DNA of 28,460 nucleotides from contig NKIB01011255.1 of NCBI GenBank assembly GCA_002256025.1, positions 62,001-90,460 of the forward strand. Reading direction: 5' to 3'. Under the pieces are notes generated by a model that saw nothing but the letters and a program-made list of their open reading frames with translations, was not told the DNA's origin and searched no databases. This stretch comes from Asterionella formosa. Taxonomy: Eukaryota. This document shows, piece by piece, positions 12,235-23,007 of the stretch (position 1 is the first letter of the stretch; each line of letters begins with the position of its first letter). Position numbers and translations under genes: made by a program.

Positions 12235-13028
12235 TTGTACATTACAGGCGGAGTGACTTAGCTACTAAATTGCGTGATAAAATAATTTACCCCGTAGCAC
12301 GATGCATAATACAGTTGCTTCCCAATCATCTCATCATGATTGATAAGATGATAATGTGATATCATGATAGGGTTATATCGATGCATACATCACCAAAGTA
12401 TGATACGTAAAAATGAATAGAGTACATCACATAGCTATGATGCATTGATCATAAAACTATGATGATTTTATAAAATGTTTATGATAGTATTTTGATCAAA
12501 ATATGATCATGTAAAAATAGTACAATGACTATAAAGTAAGATAAAATATGTACGGAAGTGTTACCAAGACATCAAAAAATAAATAAATCAAGCAATCATA
12601 AAGTATGTTAATTAATTTATATGTTTGTCATTTAATGTATGCAGTTAAAGTCAACAGTTAATATGATAGTATTATACAGTGGATAGGATCTAAGTATACA
12701 GATGCATTGATATGTACATCACTATAATATGATTTGTGACATGGATTGATGCATATCACATACCGGTATCCTCAACAACCAGCCATCACGTTCATTGTCG
12801 TGTCGTCTTTCCTTGTTTTAGCTATATATGTGCCGGCATGTGTATTGTGTAAATACTATGCTGGCTGAACATGCATATTACACTGTGCTCTGTTCAACAA
12901 TTACTACACTCGGTTACCATCACACCAGTTCCACCTCCACAAGCGCCGCAAAAAGCTCCTCGAAAAGCTCCGCGTTTCCCTTCCACTGTTTTACATCATA
13001 GTCTTCTGGCCCTTTGACAACTTTCCAA

Positions 13029-15198
13029 ATGGCATTTCACGGATTTAATGGAAAGGATCAGTCAAACAAGAAACAAGACTTAGTACTTTCATAGTTTACA
13101 CTACACGACTTTATGTTTTCGGAAAAGGAGATGAAGAAACTTATCAAATCAATCGAAGATTCCATTGAATACACTCAAAGATCAAATGAATTTGAACAGA
13201 TTCATAATACTCCAGAAGAATAAATGAAGTATGCCGATACAATAGTGGCTGAGATTGAAAAGAAGGAAAGATTGCTTTCGAAGAGGAAAACCAAACAGTT
13301 GGTCTTCACGGATGAAGACTCTATTCGTACAGAGTCACAGTTCCACCATCCATCGTCGTATTTTGCTTATTCACCTGAAATCTCTGAAAATGAAGAAGAA
13401 CTCAGTGATTCTCATTAATTTGATGAACAAATTCATGCGATGAATGATAATATCGGCGGAAATGTGGCAGACAACACTCCAGAAGTAGAAATGGTGAAAA
13501 GTTGCAAAACCAGGAAATATGTCTTACTATTCGTCCAGAACATCAAGATGACCATAATGAAAGCAGAGAAACTATTGCATTTCTAAAAGAAAAGATATTC
13601 AAGAAAAATTCGAGCTAGATCAAGTCCTCGAATTCAAGAAGATCAATTCAGACAGAGATGTGATGCTGGCTAAGGCAGTTGATGCTCTTATTAGGGAACG
13701 AAGTCAGAAACACAAAATTGAATCTTTTTCCAAATCATACGCGGAAGAAAAATAATTTCTTTGTAAAATCATTGAAAACAATCCAGAAGGCAGCTACTTT
13801 TGTGAAGAGTCCGCATGTGAAATGTGTAGAGTTGTTATGCCAAAGCAAATGGCATTTTCCTTGAGTTTGCCGAAATCGCATGGACAACTAAAATTGTGGA
13901 AAGAAATGTACACTCGTACCCCGCAAGATATATGCAATTACGCCTCTTTATTTTATGGAGTCAAAGGTATCAAAAAATCATCTTCAGATTTTAAAGATCT
14001 TGCATATTGGGACCTTGAAACAATAACCTCTATGATCCATTTTAAAATTCATGAACTTCATCCAAGTGATGTAAAGGTTATATTTGATCTGGATGAGAAC
14101 CCAGAAAAGGATAATAACAATCCATATATATACCAAGGTGATTGTCATCCACTTCATCACGAAAGAAACTATTTTATGTGCTAATTGCGTATTGCAAAAG
14201 ATCAGATGAGGAGGAAAACAATCATTTTGTGAATTATCTTTTTGCTATAAATGATGAATTATGTCAAGTCCGTGACCCAGGAAAAGATGCAAGTGTGGAT
14301 GAACATTATGATCAAGTATTTCACCTTTCCCATAAGTACTGCATCATCCCCGGATGCAGAAAAGAATTGGAATTGTTATGCACCGATACAGGATATCTTT
14401 CACAAGAATCCCATATACCTGAAGAAATTGGGTTCTCGGAATCTTTCTATAATGGCACCTAAGCACCATTGCAGATCAGTATGGCCACTGAACATGATTC
14501 CAAGTCATTTCAACCAGAAGATGACAGTGGATGGTCATGTTGACCTTTTACAATTGTGAAAGTGTTGGAAACTCTATTGCAATTAGAAAGGAATGGCAAA
14601 ACCAAATTTCTTGGCAAACGGGCACATTTACGTTTGGAGACTGAGTCCTGGAAAGCTTTAAAACGTCAGGTGGCAGCAACAGATCGAACCGACGATTTCT
14701 TATCCATTACATCTTACCAACCAACCAAGTCAACAAACTTTCATCTTGGAACAGTTTGGCCTCAAGTGACAAAGACAAATTCTCGTGAGGATATGCATGT
14801 TTCAGTTGGAAATAACTGTTCTTCAATTTTGTATCGACAAAATTTTGACATCCTATTTAGATTTAAAAATGTTGAACGAAGTATTTGGACGAGTTCCTTG
14901 CAACTATTCTTTCAAGAAGTATGAAGTTGTCTACGTAAAATCCATGATACAACAAAGTTATGACAAACTTGCTCCCTTCAAATGATATAATCATGCACCT
15001 CTTGGCCAAATTTCTGGATGCTTCAAAATTGACAAAAAGTTGAAAGAAAATTTTGTATCTGATGAAATCCCTTCTGGAATCAAATTGAAGAAGTTTGCAG
15101 ACTCATATCGAACTGCAGTTGAAAAGTCGAGAAGCAAAGTTTCGGACGAAACGAGAAGGACCATCTTAGGTTCTTTGGGAGTGAAAAGGAACAAATAA
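13029..15198 (+). pseudogene. Transposon accessory pseudogene with a Ulp1/SENP-like (peptidase C48-type) cysteine protease domain
   Basis: The frame of 14142-14924 reads through two stops: NNHFVNYLFAINDELCQVRDPG (His 14223, Asp 14274) ... FQPEDDSGWSC*PF (Cys 14538; TGA where Gly is expected). Upstream are YWDLETITSMIHF and a CEESACEMC cysteine cluster. Confidence 0.6.
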
Positions 15199-15316
15199 TG
15201 GACCATTGGATAATCATTTCTTAGGAAATTGTAGTTTGTGAAAACCTCATAATAACCAATTTAGTATGCGAAATTATATTGTTACCATTATCATTTATGT
15301 TATTCTCATATATTTA

Positions 15317-18300
15317 TCAACGTTCGCTTGTTAGTTTTTGGTCCCACCCGATTGATTTCCATAAATTACGTGGAGGCATGGCAACATAAAAATTATCTTT
15401 CCGTATCTGTTCTAAAACTTCTTGCGGTTTCAAAGCAGGAACAACAAATGCTGCCGAAAGTATGTTATGAAATTCAACAACGCTCATTTCTGTTGTATCA
15501 TTGCATAATGTGTCTCCTCTTGCAAAAAACATACGTTTATGAATTTTCATTCCAGTTGAACTTTTCAAGGAACGAATGCACGCTAAGAGAATGGTTGTTG
15601 TGTTGGAGAAAATAACATTTCCCCAAAGAAGTAGTTTTGTAGGAACTGTGTAGGAACTTGATCCATCTCCCTTCTTCCAGTTCACTTACACTTCGACCCA
15701 GTCAAACCATTCACGACCAGAGATTCCTGCCTTTGAATCATTATTCCATTTCGGATGGCATCTGAAAATAGTAGTTTGGCCGGGAACGCTACTTTCAATT
15801 TTAACATGATAATAAAAGTAAATCCTTACAATGGAAACAGACCCAACCCCATCTTCAAGACTTTTGATTCTTGCTATTTCTATTGCTGAATTCACATTGC
15901 TCTTTACGTAGTTGGCCCCCTTCTGTAAATCAAGATGAACCAATTGAGACAAGGGTTCATCCTTACTCCGTGATACATGCCCAATCTTATTAGGGACACC
16001 TGCTATAGTCCATAGACCATTTGATGATGAAGCAGAAAATTGAACTTTAACAGGAAGGGCTGGTGAATGGATTTTGGTAGGCGATATTCCAAAATTTTCA
16101 TGCGACCTACTAGGCAACATCATTGTATCCGGAATCATTCCTTCGAATTAAATTTCTGCTGAAATACTCTCATTTACATTGATGGTATTTTCTCTACTCA
16201 TCTTCTTTTGTTTATTTTCTGTATGTAATGAATCACTTACAAAAAAAATTTCGTGCCAAGGCAAACTGCCTTGTTTCATATGATTTTGTTAAAATGTCAT
16301 GCTTTAATCGATGTAATTGCCCGTTGACACGCTTACTGGGACGTTTCAATTTGTCTTTCAAAAAAGACTCCAAATATCCACCAAAGAAATTAAGAGGAGA
16401 TCCGAACTTCCTAATCAGATGAGGGTTATGTTTCATTCCATGAAATTTTGCCATTCGTAAGCCAATTTGAGATATCATTTCCTGTTGGGGACCAATCATA
16501 ATCTTAGTAAGTGACATAAATCTCTTCACCCTTTCCTCTAAAATATCAATACATGCTGATGTATATTGTGGTATAAATAAAGTGTCATTGATAGATATAC
16601 ATAACCATAACAGTAATGTGAAATCCTTTTCTGGGCGCATGTTCTCTGAACCCATCATTCCACCCATTGAAAAAATAGTTAACAGACATAATCCGGGAAT
16701 TTCTTGCCCTGACATTTTCGACAAAGCTGTCATCCCAGATCTGTATGACAATTTTGGAATATCACGATCGCTTTGCCTTGCTTTCCAAATGACTAGTGAT
16801 ATATCTAGCAGCCACTTTGTTTGAAGTATAGTTTCGAAAATACATTTCTGGTGCTGGTACAAGTGTTGGGTCTTGATTTTTGCCAGTGTAGATATTTTTG
16901 ATAACTGGTGCGTGTGTCCTTTTTGGTCTTTGCCCTTTTCTTTGGTTGCTCTTGATCAAGAAAAGCAGAGTCTGTTGTTTCAGTGATACATTTATGATCG
17001 GAGATGTTTTCTGGAATATCTGGAGATTTTCTTTCTTTAAAAAAACATGTCCATTCTTCAGGGATAGTCCCATAATTGTACAAAAATTCCAAAATGTACT
17101 TAAATATTCCAAGTAGTAATTGATGAAGAACCTCAAATGGAGTTACACCAAATAATCCTTCTAAGTCACCACCAAAAAAATGATTTATTAGTGCAGGCAT
17201 AATAGGATTATGCGATATAACACGGCACCACTCGTTTGCTGTTGCGTATTTGCCATTAGATTGGGAGACACAATACTCAGGTGGGATACATGGCAATTTT
17301 CTATCAGGATATGCATTTTTGTCAAGAAACTTGTGTAAAAACATTTTAACATCTGTCACTTTACAACGTTCACATCCAATATCAGGATTATCAGCATCCT
17401 CAGTTGAAACCAGGCAATCACGACAAACATATCGTCGATATAATCCATTACCACCCCTGAAGCCACAAATTTTATTGTGTTCTTCTGTATCACCAATGAT
17501 CAATCCAATCTGGAAATAAACTTTTGTCATACCAAGACCATGAACCAAAATATCGTATGACTTGTCTGGATGGCTCTTCGAAAGGCGACAATAGAAATCC
17601 TGTAACAGAAAGATATAATTTGAGTCTACATAAGGACAAGTTGTCACCAGATAACTTATTATTCATTTGTTTCTCCAGATCAATGACTTCAATGTCTGAC
17701 AAAAGAGATACTAATTGCCATCCATCAACTTTTTCCTTCCTTCTAACGTTAAGTTTAACATTGTCAGCAAAAGCGGATGCTCGGAATGTTTCATTTGTTT
17801 ATCAATAGGTGAACCATCACTGAAAACTGCTAGGGCAACAAATAAACACCATGTCTTCAACACTCCATTTCCTGATGCAGGAGAATTGTTGAATGCGTTT
17901 TTTCAAAGTCTGGTAAGATGGAGCTTGATACCTTCCATCAAAACATTTCATTGCTTTTGCCTTGAACAGCCATTTCATTTGATGATCAAAGTAAAGTGGT
18001 GGAAGTTATGTAATTCTCGTTGAGGAATAACATGAGTTCTAATTCAATTGGATGCATGTTCAGAGAATGTTTACTTGGAAGTTGAAATTGAGGAAGAAGG
18101 GGCATTTCCATTGCATTTTCAGGGAGAAAGCCGGTGAGATCTTGAAAATCTGAATGTTGCATGGTTTCTGAATTCAACCCATGGAGAGTTTTTAGTCTTA
18201 ATTGTTCGTCCTGTTGTGACTGAATATTGTTATAAACTGAATCGTCGCTGTCGTCATGAAGTGGATGATTGTGGTCACTTGATTCAAGGATAGGACACAT

Positions 18301-18700
18301 AATCTCTTCTTGTCTAATCTCCCTAAATGCTCAGCAGTTACACTGCCATCATTAACTTCTTTCCTTGAATGATTAGATGCACTACCGCAACACATAGTTT
18401 CACTATGTATTCCAGGAACTCGATGTTCCTGCATGCAATGTCGACAGTGACCATACTCGTTAAAAACACGGTTGCTACAATTTCGATTGTGATACTCAGA
18501 TGGGGATTTGTTCTTCCGAAATTTGTAGCTACACAGATAACACCATTGCAATGTGCGCAAAGACATTGCAAATTGCAAATGATGAACAAGTCAGGATATG
18601 AAAAGGATATAATGAAAATGAATTAAGATACCGACAGTATTTGCCACATGTCGCTTGTTTCCATGAACCTCTTTATGGTTTCTTGAAGACATTGTACTAC
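15317..18700 (-). pseudogene. Plavaka/CMC-like DDE transposase pseudogene
   Basis: Ordered motifs across frameshifts: LAVFSDGSPID...HPLLLTMLNL...GWQLV; IIGDTEEHNKICG...VCRDC; PFEVLHQLLLGIFKY; RQSDRDIP...SGQEIPG; KFHGMKH...KFGSPLNFFGGYLESFLK; FRCHPKW...EWFDWVEV.W. An N-terminal CYLC...H...C cluster is present; the 5' end is approximate. Confidence 0.8.
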
Positions 18701-18749
18701 TTGATAACTGTTGTCGTTGTCTTCCTTAAAGTTCGATGATCTTAAATTC

Positions 18750-19260
18750 ATTTACTGTCCCGTTGCAGTAGCAGCAGTCATAGACATGTGGTGTTCTGTT
18801 GCTTGCTTATTACTCCGACTATTGGTTTTTAGTTTTACAATCATACAATCCTAAAACTATGATGATTTACTGTCCCGCTGCAGTAGCAGCAGTCATAGAC
18901 ATATGGTGTTCTGTTGCTTGCTTATTACTCCGACTATTGGTTTATAGTTTTACAATCATACGATACTAAAACTATGATAATTTACTGTCTCGCTGCAGTA
19001 GCGGCAGTCATAGACATAAGGTGTTCTGTTGCTTGCTTATTACTCCGACTACCGCTTTTCAGTTTCACGATCATACGATCATAAAACTATGATGATTAAC
19101 TGTCCCACTGCAGTAGCAACAGTCCTGAACATATGGTGTTCTATTGGTTCTTAGTTTTACAATCATACGATCCTAAAACTATGATGATTTACTGTCCCAC
19201 TGCAGTAGCAACAGTCCTGAACATATCGTGTTCTGTTGCTAGTTTACTACTCCGACTACC
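18750..19260. repeat. 115-bp tandem array, about 4.5 copies, each full unit with an internal inverted repeat
   Basis: Units start at 18750, 18865, 18980, 19095 and 19187 (the fourth is shortened to 92 bp). Units carry TAGTTTTA-N14-TAAAACTA, degenerate in unit 3. Confidence 0.95.
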
Positions 19261-20199
19261 CCCAGTATATCACTTACTACCTGCTACTGGTACTCTGTAT
19301 ATATATATGATATACTGTTTTTGTCATATGATGTATCGGTACACATGAAGAGCTCCTGCCCCAAAAAGGTGCTTAAACAATTTGCTACCAAAACCCTTGC
19401 GGTTATGACTTACACCAATTGAATGGTCTAAATAATTAGTTTCAACGGATGTAGAAAATATCGATGCAAACAAATTTCAGAAATAATACCGGTGCACGTA
19501 GTCGTGGAAAACAATGGACATATAGTGCATTGAGTATTTTCGAATTATGTATATGCAAGTATGATCATCTCAACCATATCAGATGTTCCGTATCAAGAGC
19601 GCCTTTGAATTTCATAAATGTATTACACTTCATATATACCTATATATTTACAAATTTTATTATTATATTCATGGCATATATATTTTTGAAATCGTTCTGT
19701 CATGTCAACAAACAATGCCTGCTGCTTCATGAAAAGATAGGTCGTAGTAAAGCACATGACAAGAAAAGAAAGTTTACGCAATACATAACAAAAAACATTG
19801 TGGCTTCGACACATTGCGCCTTCGAATGATGGAGAATGTTTAAGGCAATGAAGCCATCAATGTGGTACTTGGATGACAGTCGTTGGGAGGCAGGCAGCAC
19901 AACAACAAATTGTTAACTAAACGCACATTTCCTTTTTTCTCAGTTGATTCAACAGCTCGTTTCGCTTGTTGGGGAGCACCAATGTAAAACAAAACCAAAT
20001 TGCGTAAGTGTTCTTGTCGCTCGTTGGACCTATTCACTTCTGTTGGAAAAAAAATGACAAAACCTTTACCTTCTCTCAAAGTTGAGCTGACAAAAATGAA
20101 CTGGTAAGTTTCATTCGACAACATTGGATACCAGAAACATACTCATTCAAGAATTTACTGACAAGTTACTATTACAGACTTATGCATCAGTTGCATTGA

Positions 20200-22450
20200 T
20201 GTGTTGTAAGTGACGCAAGAGGATGCGATGGAATTGCGTGTTCTTGTGTCAATGTAACATGAGTAGCTAACAAATCATTCCTTCTCATTGTTACTGTAAC
20301 TGCATGCATAGGAAAATAAAAACAATCTAACAACGGAATAGTCGGCAAGTTCAGAATGACACTTACAGCAGGGAAAGAGACGCAGCATCAGTAAGGCACT
20401 TCCTTGCACAGGATTCAGAAAAGAGGAAGAAAAGGGTGAGACAGTAACAATATACATTGAGCCGAGTAGAGAGAGAAACGTTGGGTCGCTGGCATGTAGA
20501 TTAATAGAGAGCATTGCTTAATTTGATAGTTAAATTACGATCAATTTCAATCTATTTTTTACATTGCTTGTGATGAGAATTATGATCATGTTTACGATAG
20601 ATTTAGGAAGAAAAAATTCACATGAAAGCATAGAGTTGAGCTGGTTTTAGGATATGTTGTAGTTATGGTTATGTCATTCCCCTAACCCTAGAAAACAATT
20701 TTTCAGCGATATCATTGACTTCATTCAGGAACAACAAGAAATGAAACAAAAAATTCTCCTGATGATGGACGCAAATGAAAATATAACAATGGATTCAAAG
20801 GGGATAGTCACAATAATCCATGAATGCTCTCTGTTCAATTTAATGGGGGACCTGCATCCAACAAATTCTACACTGGTTATATATGACAGTGGCAACAGAA
20901 CAATCAACCAAATATTTGACAGTTCCCACGTGGGAAATTCGATGACAAGAGGGGATGCACTTCCGTTCTACCATCTTATCCAAGCAGACCACAGAACACT
21001 CTACATAGACTTTGACGCCAGACATCTTTTTGGTGGATCACAAGAAGATGGCCCTTCATCAAGACACAGATCCTTGATATCCACAAACCCCAAGGAACTA
21101 AAAAATTATCTCACAGAAGTAAAGGAGTATTGGAGGGAACATCACATACTCAAGAGGATTATCTCTCTGGCCTGCATGCCCGCACAAAAAAGCAATGAAG
21201 AAACCTCGTGGCAAGCAAGCATGGTCAAAGAAGTTACAGGCAAGACTGTATGCATATCAATACTGGAAGAAGCGCCTCAAATTAAGTCAATACCCAGCAC
21301 CGCAGGGGAATAACCAGGATGAATTTTAAAATTGATTAACACAGGGAAAACAATGAGCATGAATATCTCAGCCAGTATCGAAGTTATTACGATATGAGCT
21401 GCCGCAATCAGGTAGACAGATCATATCTATCACGCATGGGTTTCAACAAGGTGACATTAAAAAGTTTTTGGATAGCCATGGGAGATTTTGTAATACCCGA
21501 AAATATCAGCACAATTGTAAAACATTTATTGAAGGGAAAGGTGGTCTTAGCTTCAGAAGGGTCCTTAGTATCAGCAAATAAGAGTGCTACTAATGGGTAG
21601 AAAATACACTACAGAAAAACGAAAACTAAAACCTGTAGCCACAGATGGGCAACTGGTGGAGGTCAGGAAATGTCAACACTATGTCCTGAAATTCGGAGGG
21701 GAGGGGGCTTACTTGGAGGAATAGCAGCCACAGTACATATTTTACAGTTGATGCCAAGAGTTTCTATTCTGCAGCACCAGATTCAATTACCAGTGTAGCG
21801 CTCATTTCTTGGATCAGGAAATGGATTCACAGCGGTCCCTCTCGAAAACTCCATACAGATTTTGATCTACTACAGGTGACAATGAAATTGGAAGATAGAT
21901 ATAATATCGATTTAATACCAGGACATGTCAAGGCACACCAAAACAATGATTGCGTATGCAAGGACTTGTCATGGAAGGCTAAACTAAACTGCAACTGTGA
22001 TCATCAAGCAGCAATGGTGTGGTCTTGTCCAAGATGTATTGGCTCCACAGCACAGGCATATCAGCTACCTCCAGGACATTGTTCCGCATCTTTACAAATA
22101 GGAGCTTCTGTTGTGACTGCGAACTTACCAATGGCGATTTGCAAAGCAGCATACCACGAAGACATGGAGAATTATGTTATTCAAAAACAGGGTGGGATAC
22201 ACATGAAATTTATGACATGATGGATTGGTAAGCTAGATGTTAGACAAGCGAAGAAACACTTGGAGGATCACGGAAAATGATGGTATTAAATTGGAATTTA
22301 ATTTGTTGGCAACATTTTGACACTGGATTAAATATGAGAAGAGTTTGGATAACAGATGTTTTCAGTGTAAGCACCTTAATGAGGACATCAATCATGTGAT
22401 CATTGGCCTGGCAACTAAATAAGCGCAAGATGAGTTGCTGAAACATGTAA
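20200..22450 (+). mobile_element. Non-LTR retrotransposon (LINE, Ambal-like) ORF2 remnant: AP endonuclease, RNase H, CCHC-like knuckle; no RT recognisable
   Basis: Endonuclease motifs TLGRW, ILLMMDANE, YDSGNRTINQIF, ADHRTLYIDFD. RNase H motifs VLASEGS and GHVKAHQN...LSWKAKLNCNCDHQA. Then TGWDTHEIYDMMDW and RCFQCKHLNEDINHV (22354-22398). Confidence 0.8.
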
Positions 22451-23007
22451 TGGAGTCAGCTATTATGGGACCATCAGTCAAGTCTCTCAAAACTCTGAAA
22501 GCCTGAAGGGATGCTCACCCAACTCAATGCTGTCGTTGTAGCAACAACAAATGGGTATTGAGTTGCAACTGTGTCCTAATATTCTCTGCGCTCGGTTGAC
22601 TATTTCCAAAGTGGAGCTAGTTGAACAAGATTTGGCTACAATCTGCTGTCGTCTTTCATATGAAGTTTTCATGCTATCAAGTCAAAAGACAGTCTATGCA
22701 TTTACATGTCGTACACTCATCAGTTGAATATTACTTAAACATTTGTTGATTCTTTATGGCCATCACTTTTTCATTGATCCTACCAACTTTGCTTTGGGTT
22801 CAAATACAAGGGGACCAGATGTATGGATGTATGTTATAGATGGCCTTAGAGATCATACAATGTAAATCAACTCATATTGGACAAGCACATCACATAAATC
22901 ATTTTTAATTAAATTAGAATGAGATAACAAGAGTTGAAGAACAAAAAGACATTTTTCTTTCTTTCCCAGATAAGGCAAATCATGTCTTTTAAAAGTTTTT
23001 GGATCAT

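Larger units (their letters stand above)
11040..20030. mobile_element. Large (~9 kb) degenerate DNA transposon, Plavaka/CMC(EnSpm)-like, with accessory genes
   Basis: Contains the transposase pseudogene, a convergent Ulp1-like pseudogene and shared internal motifs. Boundaries are inferred from where LINE-like coding stops and resumes; only weak GGT...ACC terminal similarity is visible. Confidence 0.55.

Noticed and set aside
18750..19260. CRISPR-like array
   Set aside because: Units are near-identical along their whole length with no unique spacers, no cas genes are present, and the context is eukaryotic.
20680..20692. Telomere-like CCTAACCCTA
   Set aside because: Fewer than two full units, inside a LINE remnant; a chance match.
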